From positions 1 through 35,613 of the IMG/VR virus record IMGVR_UViG_3300017909_003313: DNA of 35,613 bases, one strand, 5' to 3'. Within the stretch, counting starts at the first letter, position 1, and every line of letters begins with the position of its first letter. Both the position numbers and the translations under genes were made by a program. Below, in pieces: positions 25,034 through 32,999 of the stretch. The notes below the pieces were generated by a model that worked only from the letters and a program-made list of their open reading frames with translations, was not told the DNA's origin and did not search any database. Origin of the DNA: a virus. Taxonomy: Duplodnaviria > Caudoviricetes.

Positions 25034-26069
25034 CGATGTCGGTTCAGTCGATCGTGTGGTTGGCTGGAGAGAGATTGTTAGGGAAGAACAATCAATAGAA
25101 CCACAAAAAGGTTCTGATGTAATTACAAAAGACGACCTTCGCACTGGCGAGGGTCGTATGCAGGTCAGGTTTGTAGATGATAGCAAACTTAGAATGACTG
25201 AGCATACTCGTATTGTAATTGACAATGTAGTCTTTGACGACGATCCAACAAAGTCGGATCTAGCAATGACATTCGCACAGGGAACTGCTCGTTTCATAAC
25301 AGGTTCACTGGGCACAATCGAGAAGGAGAACATTAGACTTCGTACTCCAACTGCATCGATAGGAATACGTGGAACAGATTTCACAGTAACTGTTGATGAG
25401 TTTGGAAGAACTCTAGTGATTCTCCTTCCCGATATTAATGGTATATCGTCTGGAGAGATTATTGTATCAACAATGACAGGGGATGTCGTGTTGAACAAAC
25501 CTTTCGAATCTACAACAACATCGGTAGCTGAACTACCACCAACAAACCCAGCAATCCTAGATCTATCTTTGGATATGCTAAACAACATTCTAATTATCAC
25601 ACCCCCAAAAGAAATGGAATCTGTAGAGGATTTCTATGCATCAACAAGTGCAATCAGAAATATCAATCCATTAGACATAGATTTCTTAGACGAGGTATTA
25701 CTTGATGATGAAGAACTCGAGAGAGATTATCTTGAGTTTACTGAACTTGATATTAATTTCCTTGATGTTGAACTATTAGAAAACCTTCTTGATCAGTATT
25801 CAGATCTTGAGACTGAACTTCTAAAAGAAGAACAACAAACAGGTGACATTAATATTGAAGGAACTGCAGAAGGATTTGATACTGTAACACAAGTCGCTAC
25901 AATCGTTGATGGCGAAAAAATTGTAGTGAGAAGAGAAGTATCAGACATAGTTGAAATATCTGTAGACCAAAGTGCACAAACAGAAATAGTAATAGAACAA
26001 GACGGAAAACTACTCGATCCAATAGTCATCAATAAGGGTGACACTAACAAAATAAATATTTCACAATGA
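24954..26069 (+). CDS. Secreted FecR-domain protein with acidic linker
   Basis: Signal peptide; D-x-LRTG, F-x-DDS-x-L, G-x-ARF-x-TG, RTPTASIGIRGTDF-x-V. Start may be 24960. Confidence 0.88.
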   Translation: MVMELHKRLQTCALASLILVLPQVATSDVGSVDRVVGWREIVREEQSIEPQKGSDVITKDDLRTGEGRMQVRFVDDSKLRMTEHTRIVIDNVVFDDDPTKSDLAMTFAQGTARFITGSLGTIEKENIRLRTPTASIGIRGTDFTVTVDEFGRTLVILLPDINGISSGEIIVSTMTGDVVLNKPFESTTTSVAELPPTNPAILDLSLDMLNNILIITPPKEMESVEDFYASTSAIRNINPLDIDFLDEVLLDDEELERDYLEFTELDINFLDVELLENLLDQYSDLETELLKEEQQTGDINIEGTAEGFDTVTQVATIVDGEKIVVRREVSDIVEISVDQSAQTEIVIEQDGKLLDPIVINKGDTNKINISQ

Positions 26070-27892
26070 AGATGTGGCATGTCATAATCACTGTCGCAGT
26101 GCTCGTCGCGATCAGGCTCGTAGATCCCTTCCTCCTAGAAAGTGCAAGACTTTCTTGGTTTGATTTACAACAACGAAATCAAGACATCCAAACATCAGAA
26201 CAAATTGTTTTGGTAGATATTGACGAGCAAAGTCTTGTAAAGTTTGGGCAATACCCTATCCCAAGAAGCGTTATGGCTGATGAGGTCTATAAACTCGGTG
26301 AATCTATTATTGCGTTCAACATACTTTTCTCAGAACCAGATCGACTCGGTGGCGATATGGACTTCGGTGATGTATTGTTCGAGAAAAATGCACTCGTAGC
26401 GATTGCTCCAGCCAGTAAGACTAATATAGAATACAGACCAAAGGGAACTGGCTATGCGACATTCGGAGATATAGGTGCAGAGGAGATACGACCAGAACTT
26501 TCAGGTATGTTATTTGCTCGTGAAGAGATTATGGAGTCTGCAATAGGATATGGAACAATATCTTCTACGCCAGACGCGGATGGTATCACTCGAAGAATAC
26601 CACTACTTGAAAATTTCGAGGGAAGATTGTATCCAGCACTTGCATTAGACATTCTAAGAGTCGCAGCTGGAGATATTTCCTATCAAATTAAGACTGATGA
26701 ACTCGGAATACGCTTTGTCAGGATTCCAAAGTTTGATGTTGTAAAAACTGATGACATGGGAAATGTAAATATTGCGTTTTGGAATGAGTTTAAGAGATAT
26801 TCATTCACTGAACTTGATAAAATACCTGATGGTAGCATTGCAATAGTCGGTGCAACCTTTGAAGGTTCTAATTTAATCTCAACTCCAATGGGTTCAATGT
26901 ATCCACATGACGTGCAAGCCAATCTTTTGAAGACTATGATTGGTGGTGTAACGATTTCAAGACTGCCAGAGTTTAAAATTTACGAAATTGGGTTGACAAT
27001 TATCGGTTCATTGATAATTTTAGTCATGCTCAGCAAAATTTCAATCCTGATCAGTGGAATTTTATCAATTTTATTGGCTTCGGCTGCAATTTTTGGTGCA
27101 AATTACATGTTCAGCACTCATTTTTTGCTTTTTGACCCAATTTTTTACGTTCTAACGCTAATTTTAGTGTTCGCACACGGTAGTTTTGTTCAATTTTACA
27201 CAAATTTTAAGCAAAAACAGATGATCAAAGGTCAGTTCGGTACATATTTGTCGCCAGATATGGTTGACATGCTTGCAAAAGACCCATCGCTGATGAAACT
27301 TGGCGGTGAGCGTAAAGAAATGACGTTTTTGTTCATGGACATTTGTGGATTTACTCCTATCTCTGAACATTACAAGAATAATAACGATCCAGAAGGGTTA
27401 GTCGCACTGATCAATGAGTACCTAGACCAAATGACAAAGATAATATTGAAGAATGGCGGTACGATTGATAAATATATGGGTGACTGTATCATGGCATTTT
27501 GGAATGCTCCACTTCCATGCGAGAATCATGCCGAGATGGCAGTTAAATCAGCAATTGAAATTGAATTAAAAACTAATGAATTACAGAAAAAATATGAAGA
27601 AGAAGGTTTACCACCAATCAATGTGGGAACAGGTATCAATACTGGTGACTGCATTGTTGGTAATATGGGTAGCGAATCTCGTTTTGATTACAGTGTCATC
27701 GGCGACGCTGTCAACCTCGCTGCAAGACTCGAAGCAACAGCTGCCAGAGGAGAATATGCAGATTACAAAACAATCTATTCCTCATTTACTATGGAAAGAC
27801 TCGGAACAACAGTTGCCTCCAAGTCCATCGGTACAATTAAGGTAAAGGGAAAGGACGAGGAGATAGAAATTTACACTCCAGACTATAAATAG
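26066..27892 (+). CDS. CHASE2-domain class III adenylate cyclase
   Basis: N-terminal TM; CHASE2 motifs (VLVDIDE-x-SL..G-x-YP-x-PR, D-x-DG-x-x-RR-x-PL, TP-x-G); three TM helices; F-x-DI-x-GFT, IDKYMGD, GINTG, FDYSVIGDAVNLAARLE. The Lys and Asp specificity residues indicate ATP. Confidence 0.95.
   Translation: MKMWHVIITVAVLVAIRLVDPFLLESARLSWFDLQQRNQDIQTSEQIVLVDIDEQSLVKFGQYPIPRSVMADEVYKLGESIIAFNILFSEPDRLGGDMDFGDVLFEKNALVAIAPASKTNIEYRPKGTGYATFGDIGAEEIRPELSGMLFAREEIMESAIGYGTISSTPDADGITRRIPLLENFEGRLYPALALDILRVAAGDISYQIKTDELGIRFVRIPKFDVVKTDDMGNVNIAFWNEFKRYSFTELDKIPDGSIAIVGATFEGSNLISTPMGSMYPHDVQANLLKTMIGGVTISRLPEFKIYEIGLTIIGSLIILVMLSKISILISGILSILLASAAIFGANYMFSTHFLLFDPIFYVLTLILVFAHGSFVQFYTNFKQKQMIKGQFGTYLSPDMVDMLAKDPSLMKLGGERKEMTFLFMDICGFTPISEHYKNNNDPEGLVALINEYLDQMTKIILKNGGTIDKYMGDCIMAFWNAPLPCENHAEMAVKSAIEIELKTNELQKKYEEEGLPPINVGTGINTGDCIVGNMGSESRFDYSVIGDAVNLAARLEATAARGEYADYKTIYSSFTMERLGTTVASKSIGTIKVKGKDEEIEIYTPDYK
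27884..27891 (+). promoter_or_regulatory. T4 late promoter TATAAATA
   Basis: Exact consensus overlapping the cyclase stop, upstream of 27896. Confidence 0.75.
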
Positions 27893-27895
27893 GTT

Positions 27896-28720
27896 ATGTC
27901 AGTACAAAAAGGGTTTGAATACGAAAAATATCTTTATGCCTGTCTCAAGGAGTCAGGTATCGCTGCTGGCAATCCTCCAGCTGGTGCTGCATCGGATCGT
28001 CCAGATCTAGAAATCAAATTAGTAAAAGATAGAGATACATCTGCAAAGGGATGTGAACTTAAACTTGCACCAACTGCTGGTGGTAGTTTGGTAATGAAAT
28101 ACAATAAGGGTAAGTGGCAGTTCGATCCTAAATCAAAAGGCGACAAAGAAAAAGAATTTATGATGGGTGTTGCAGATAAAGCAAACCTATTAAGAGAAAT
28201 GAACACCAGTGGAACTTATGGTACAAACTGGAGAGGAAAGATTCCATTTCTACAAAACGATGATTTAGGTAGAAAGGTTTTGGCAGAGGGTGTAACAAAT
28301 AAGAGACAAGCATACGAAAAAGACATCAAGCAATTTGGTGGACAAAACGAAGTTAAGATTCCAGTAATGGCAAAGGTTATGTGCGATTACTACAATCTAA
28401 AAGACACACATTATCTAAATGTCGCTTCCCATGGGTTCTATCTAATGAACAGCAAAGACCCATTGGGACTTAACAAGGGATTGACTCTTCCAATACCTGA
28501 CTTTGCAAAAAATGCAAGATTACAAATAAGAGTAAGATGTCAGTATAAAGGAAGCGGAGATTATCAGTTTGTTATGACATTAGAGTTTGGTGGCGTAACT
28601 GCATCACCATACAATATTGGTCCAATACAAAGTAAGAACAATGTTCAGATTGATAAAAGAGAATTGTATAAAAAAGAGAACATGCCTCTTTTAGAAAAAT
28701 TTGGATACGTGGAAAAATAA
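27896..28720 (+). CDS. Putative PD-(D/E)XK endonuclease
   Basis: N-terminal G-x-x-YE helix, PDL, CELK; basic protein. Confidence 0.5.
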   Translation: MSVQKGFEYEKYLYACLKESGIAAGNPPAGAASDRPDLEIKLVKDRDTSAKGCELKLAPTAGGSLVMKYNKGKWQFDPKSKGDKEKEFMMGVADKANLLREMNTSGTYGTNWRGKIPFLQNDDLGRKVLAEGVTNKRQAYEKDIKQFGGQNEVKIPVMAKVMCDYYNLKDTHYLNVASHGFYLMNSKDPLGLNKGLTLPIPDFAKNARLQIRVRCQYKGSGDYQFVMTLEFGGVTASPYNIGPIQSKNNVQIDKRELYKKENMPLLEKFGYVEK

Positions 28721-29092
28721 TTACTTACGAGAAAACTTCTGTTTTTCTCTTTTCATTCTAGCAAGTAACATCTTCCTCTGAGAAGTCCACTGATTTTTAG
28801 ATCCATATTCACAACTAATCCATAACATCTTTCTGCTAACTAGGAATGTGGGCATATGAAACTTATTGCCCCAGTGTAAGGCAATGTAAGGTATTCTATG
28901 TGGTTTGTAACCACTGATCAGTCCAAATGAAATGAAAGGCAACTTAATGCCTCTAAATCTTGATACTCTATAAAACGAGTTTATGTACCAACCTTGTTCA
29001 ACCCATTTCTTTCTTACAATGTGACATGGGTGTGCCTGATTGTATCTACCTTCAGGGTAATGTTTTGACCGAAAGAAATAGTGTTTCTGCAT
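28721..29092 (-). CDS. Hypothetical basic/aromatic protein
   Basis: ORF stop abuts the convergent gene; start placed after the hairpin (MQKHYF). No recognisable motif. Confidence 0.45.
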   Translation of the reverse strand: MQKHYFFRSKHYPEGRYNQAHPCHIVRKKWVEQGWYINSFYRVSRFRGIKLPFISFGLISGYKPHRIPYIALHWGNKFHMPTFLVSRKMLWISCEYGSKNQWTSQRKMLLARMKREKQKFSRK

Positions 29093-29100
29093 TGAAGTTG

Positions 29101-29120
29101 GGGGAGACCGAAGTCTCCCC
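29101..29120 (-). terminator. cUUCGg hairpin (terminator or mRNA stabiliser)
   Basis: GGGGAGAC-TTCG-GTCTCCCC just after the HTH gene; no clear U-tract. Confidence 0.6.
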
Positions 29121-29128
29121 AATCCCCA

Positions 29129-29395
29129 TTACTGAGCAAGGGCTGCATAACCTGCAGCAATAACTGCTTTAGTAGGAGTACCTAACTTGTAAAAGTCAGA
29201 TTTCTTTCTACCTCTAGATCCAGCACGACCTTCATTCAAATGAATGGCGTAACCTTTTCTACGCAGATAATATACTACATTGTGTGGATTGCTAACGCCG
29301 AAACGTGAAGCAATCTGAGTAGCAGTTAAAGTACCACCTGATAAAAAGGTGTCCAATGCGCGACTAGCAGCCGACTTATTTGTAGATGTTTTCAT
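29129..29395 (-). CDS. Small winged-HTH DNA-binding protein
   Basis: LTATQIASRFGVSNP-x-x-x-V-x-x-LR-x-x-GYAI...Y-x-LGTP; GGAGA Shine-Dalgarno before the ATG at 29395. Confidence 0.7.
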   Translation of the reverse strand: MKTSTNKSAASRALDTFLSGGTLTATQIASRFGVSNPHNVVYYLRRKGYAIHLNEGRAGSRGRKKSDFYKLGTPTKAVIAAGYAALAQ

Positions 29396-29465
29396 AAATT
29401 TCTCCATTATAAAGTTTACATCAATTGGTTTTACGTCTTTACGACGATCAGTCACCACGACTAAT

Positions 29466-29912
29466 TCAGTATGCGTTTGGATCTACCTCTTCGATGTCCA
29501 ATTGATTGTGCATAAACACTTCCAAGTCCATCGGATAATATCCAAACTTCTCCATAAGGTTGCTGATAAAATCATCACCCTCGTCATATTCTTCACGGAT
29601 TGCTACTTCATCAGGATTAGCATCGCCATAGAACTCTAAGTCCTCTGAGACACCATCCCAGCAATCACAAAACTCCACTTCTTCAAACAGATCTTGGGGT
29701 TCAAAGATATCTCCATCATTATGTTCTAATGCATCGTGCAACATATTAACTTCATCCTCGTTCTGAGGAACAATCCGAACCGTGCCTGCACGCCAGAGTG
29801 TACGAACACCAATACACTGTTTGGTATCTTCGTGTTCAAAGATTTCTAATTCTTCATATGACTTCTTCCAAGAAGGAGTCACTTCATAAGTTTTTCCAAT
29901 TTCAATAAGCAC
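29466..29912 (-). CDS. Hypothetical acidic protein
   Basis: 148-aa ORF coupled to the upstream gene. Confidence 0.7.
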   Translation of the reverse strand: MLIEIGKTYEVTPSWKKSYEELEIFEHEDTKQCIGVRTLWRAGTVRIVPQNEDEVNMLHDALEHNDGDIFEPQDLFEEVEFCDCWDGVSEDLEFYGDANPDEVAIREEYDEGDDFISNLMEKFGYYPMDLEVFMHNQLDIEEVDPNAY

Positions 29913-30207
29913 TAAAATACTCCAATAGTCCGATAGCTAAAATTACGCTGATCACAGCATTCAATACAATAAGTGCACGGTCATGCCAAGCAATGGCAAC
30001 AAACGTCCATCCAATTGTTCCAATAATACTAAAAATTAAATCCATCAGATGAAATCCTGATGACCTACAAATAACTGCAGCAATTATCATAAACGTGGCA
30101 AACCACTTTACATACCAGTCCAGTGTGTACTTTGGTGTTGCAGATTTGAATATTCGTTTGGAGTTTTCCAACTCTTGCTTTGTTACATTGGGATCTACTT
30201 TAGGCAT
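29902..30207 (-). CDS. Small multi-pass membrane protein
   Basis: Three hydrophobic helices; WYVKW, W-x-DRALI-x-LN. Confidence 0.75.
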   Translation of the reverse strand: MPKVDPNVTKQELENSKRIFKSATPKYTLDWYVKWFATFMIIAAVICRSSGFHLMDLIFSIIGTIGWTFVAIAWHDRALIVLNAVISVILAIGLLEYFSAY

Positions 30208-30641
30208 AACATTGCTTCCTTCATTACTTCTTCTTCACGAGCATACGCATCAATCTCCCATGGTTGATCATCGTATTTCGTATTGGTGTGGGTTTCGCCT
30301 TTCCATATGCAAACATTGACCAGCGATTGACAATCGCCAGTTTGAACTAATTGCAGTCCGACATTTTCGAGTTTACCTGAAATCATTTGCTCAGCGTGTA
30401 TCATCTCGTGAGCAATGTTCCGATATATTTGTTCTTGTTCAAGTGGTTCACCTTGAACTGTTGTAGCGACTTCGATATCAATCTCATCATCATCACCATA
30501 GCAGAATCCACCTGCATCTTGGTCACATTTTTCCTTCACATCTACTCGTACTTCAGTCAACGAGTTTTCAATTCCTAATACTTCACCGACAGCGAAGATA
30601 TAATCTTGATACTTATCGGCATTATCCATAGTGAATATCAT
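30195..30641 (-). CDS. HExxH zinc metallopeptidase-like protein
   Basis: GFC, IAHEMIHAEQ, Y-x-x-QPWEIDAY. Confidence 0.75.
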   Translation of the reverse strand: MIFTMDNADKYQDYIFAVGEVLGIENSLTEVRVDVKEKCDQDAGGFCYGDDDEIDIEVATTVQGEPLEQEQIYRNIAHEMIHAEQMISGKLENVGLQLVQTGDCQSLVNVCIWKGETHTNTKYDDQPWEIDAYAREEEVMKEAMLCLK

Positions 30642-30670
30642 TAAACAGATCCTCTCTCAACTATACCTAT

Positions 30671-30700
30671 ATTCTACTACAAGCACAATGTAAAAGTCAA
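30671..30700 (-). promoter_or_regulatory. Sigma70-type early promoter
   Basis: TTGACT-18 nt-TAGAAT. Confidence 0.6.
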
Positions 30701-30708
30701 GCACTAAT

Positions 30709-31311
30709 TTATAGGTAAACCCAATTAATTTCTTTATATAATTCAATAAGTTGCTCTCTTTCTTGCTTCCAAAGGGAGAGTCTATAACCTTGATCATCCA
30801 TTAAAGTCTGGTTTGTAAGGTGTTCTTTGTCACCCATCCCTGCAAGGTATATGGTTTTGAATCCTCTTTCAGCTGCATCCCACATAGCCATCGATCCAGA
30901 TGCCATTTCAAATGGAAGAGCAGTAGGGTAAACTGACAATACATTGTCATCTTCATAACAATATGTAACTCTTTTCTGGTCACCTTGACCGCTAATCACA
31001 GCCCCATCTGGTGTGAACTCATTGTAGTCTACATCGTCAAAGTCCTTTCCTTCCATCATCGCATTAGCGACCTGACTCGGAATAGGATTCCAATCTAAGA
31101 ATAATTTGTTTCCCTTATAATTTCGATAGACATCGTGTTGTGCTAGAGGATCTGTTGATACGACCCACTCGAATGGTATATCCTCTTGATATGCAAGATT
31201 ACATCCATAGATAGCCGATGTTCCTATGTATGGTTCGAGATCGAGATCTCTCCTCGATGCTCCATTACCCAGTATCAAAGCTGCATCAAACATATTCATA
31301 TAATACCACAA
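30709..31311 (-). CDS. Hypothetical protein (DUF115/MptE-like Rossmann motifs)
   Basis: ILGNG-x-SR, YGCN, SG-x-x-A, IYL-x-G-x-(G)D. Confidence 0.6.
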   Translation of the reverse strand: MWYYMNMFDAALILGNGASRRDLDLEPYIGTSAIYGCNLAYQEDIPFEWVVSTDPLAQHDVYRNYKGNKLFLDWNPIPSQVANAMMEGKDFDDVDYNEFTPDGAVISGQGDQKRVTYCYEDDNVLSVYPTALPFEMASGSMAMWDAAERGFKTIYLAGMGDKEHLTNQTLMDDQGYRLSLWKQEREQLIELYKEINWVYL

Positions 31312-31315
31312 CTCT

Positions 31316-31323
31316 TATAAATA
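31316..31323 (+). promoter_or_regulatory. T4 late promoter TATAAATA
   Basis: Exact consensus about 30 nt upstream of 31353; GGAGA Shine-Dalgarno follows. Confidence 0.8.
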
Positions 31324-31352
31324 GTCAAGCATATTAATCGGAGAACTCAATA

Positions 31353-31820
31353 ATGCCACAATACATTAAAAAAACAACAACTCTCAAAGCACTTGCTAAA
31401 AACCACACTTTAGTAGTCAATGGCGAGATTACTTTGGAAGAAGGATGGGAGCAAATCAAAGGTGTTTGTCCGTTGTTCACTGATCAACCTTATGGTGAAG
31501 CACACGATAAATTCACAGACTCATTTCTAGAAGTCATAGGTAAAGCACCAGCGTTTAAAAATGCTCCACAAGAAGACAAAGATGTACTCCAACAAGTCAA
31601 CGAGGATTATGTTGCTTACCGTTATATCCAAAATACTTCATACGACGAAGATAGAAAAATATATTCTTGTGACATCGTTGAGTATTACAGAGACCAAGCA
31701 TCTGTTGACTTAGCAAAAGCTGCATTAGATGCCACAGAAACATATGACAGTAGGGAACTTCCAGAAGATCAACAACCAACCTATGAAACAGTTGACTTCC
31801 ATCGACCTTATCCAAGTTAA
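31353..31820 (+). CDS. Hypothetical late protein
   Basis: 155-aa ORF with its own late promoter and Shine-Dalgarno, opposite in strand to its neighbours. Confidence 0.8.
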   Translation: MPQYIKKTTTLKALAKNHTLVVNGEITLEEGWEQIKGVCPLFTDQPYGEAHDKFTDSFLEVIGKAPAFKNAPQEDKDVLQQVNEDYVAYRYIQNTSYDEDRKIYSCDIVEYYRDQASVDLAKAALDATETYDSRELPEDQQPTYETVDFHRPYPS

Positions 31821-32014
31821 TCCTTATCGTTATAAATTCCCCAAGAGATTAATGCACCGAAACTCTCAAACTTGTGTAGAGATTTTTCCCAGTCATTATC
31901 CGATTTATAATATGTGGTGATTTGCTCATCGGTAGATTTACCAGTTTGCTCGTCAATCACAAAGTGATCAATAAACCATTTGAAACGATTGTTTTCATCA
32001 GGGAATGGTTTCAT
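31817..32014 (-). CDS. Hypothetical protein
   Basis: 65 aa; ATGA overlap with the upstream gene. Confidence 0.6.
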   Translation of the reverse strand: MKPFPDENNRFKWFIDHFVIDEQTGKSTDEQITTYYKSDNDWEKSLHKFESFGALISWGIYNDKD

Positions 32015-32511
32015 ATAATACGCTCTCCATATGTCGTAATCTCAGTCATAGAAAGAGATGCACCCAAACGCGGATCTGCATTTTTCTTGCCTTTCTTCAT
32101 ACGATTATATGCACGTTTCAGCTTTGGTGTCAGGAGTTTCAATACATCCTCACCAGACAGCTTCCACAATTCAACAACCTTACCACCTTCGTATCTTGCA
32201 TGGTAATGGTTTTTGTACTTAGCAATTTTCTTATATCTTAAATAATGTAACTGTTTACGCCATGTCGGTTGGACAGAGATCGCGTTATATGTTGCGTTGA
32301 TACGAGGTGCAATGGTCGACTTATATTCACAACCACCGTCCTCGTCAATACCGTCTGCACCAGACAATGTATCACTTACCTTATGACCTAATAATCCAGC
32401 CATATGAATCTCTTTCGACCTAGCATACGAGAAGGGATCTCCCCAACCGTTCTGATCACACAAGTCAAACATCTCTTCGTATAACTCACGAAACTTAGCT
32501 TCAGCACTCAT
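32011..32511 (-). CDS. Putative PD-(D/E)XK (restriction-endonuclease-like) nuclease
   Basis: E...GADGID...CEYKS motif; start at MSAEAK after GAGG. Confidence 0.55.
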   Translation of the reverse strand: MSAEAKFRELYEEMFDLCDQNGWGDPFSYARSKEIHMAGLLGHKVSDTLSGADGIDEDGGCEYKSTIAPRINATYNAISVQPTWRKQLHYLRYKKIAKYKNHYHARYEGGKVVELWKLSGEDVLKLLTPKLKRAYNRMKKGKKNADPRLGASLSMTEITTYGERII

Positions 32512-32542
32512 ATTTTTTCCTCTCTTCATAATCAATACATAT

Positions 32543-32570
32543 ATCTTACATCAACCGAGATAAAAGTCAA
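32543..32570 (-). promoter_or_regulatory. Sigma70-type early promoter
   Basis: TTGACT-16 nt-TAAGAT. Confidence 0.6.
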
Positions 32571-32573
32571 CAC

Positions 32574-32999
32574 TTATATCAAGTTTTTTTCAAATATTTT
32601 TCGAGTGTAAATCTCTTGGAGTCGGAATGCTTCTTTCTCCCATGGTTGTTTTTCGTAGGGTGTTTTTTCTTCATTGTAGATACGTTTCTTCCAGCGTGTT
32701 CTGTCAGATGATAGATCCTCCATTTCGCCTAGTACAAACTGCTTCACATGAACAAACTCGTGACATAATGTACGAATGAAATCAAACAACATCAAATCAT
32801 TATGTATCTCAATGTCAAACACTCGTGGGTCGTCTGTATCATGACAAAAGCCATCCACCTTATGTTTATCAAGATTCTTAATATGAATCTGCACATCACA
32901 TTTACGAATCTTTGGCAGTAACTCTTGCATCATAAACGAGCCAACTGCCATGGCTATGTCACGTTGATGCTTCTTGCCACCTTTGGTTGTGATCAACAT
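32574..32999 (-). CDS. HExxH zinc metallopeptidase-like protein
   Basis: GFC, LCHEFVHVKQ, YEKQPWEKEAF. Confidence 0.75.
   Translation of the reverse strand: MLITTKGGKKHQRDIAMAVGSFMMQELLPKIRKCDVQIHIKNLDKHKVDGFCHDTDDPRVFDIEIHNDLMLFDFIRTLCHEFVHVKQFVLGEMEDLSSDRTRWKKRIYNEEKTPYEKQPWEKEAFRLQEIYTRKIFEKNLI

Noticed and set aside
24941-25600. 219-aa minus-strand ORF and other long antisense ORFs (3447-3968, 6958-7452, 15838-16317)
   Set aside because: They lie antisense to well-supported genes and lack motifs or ribosome-binding sites.
22491-27892. Host chromosomal contamination or chimeric contig
   Set aside because: The operon is bracketed by exact T4 late promoters and has phage-like gene compaction.
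26066-28720. CBASS/Pycsar-type defence system
   Set aside because: The cyclase is a membrane CHASE2 sensor type with ATP-specific residues, and no cyclic-nucleotide-binding effector domain is recognisable.
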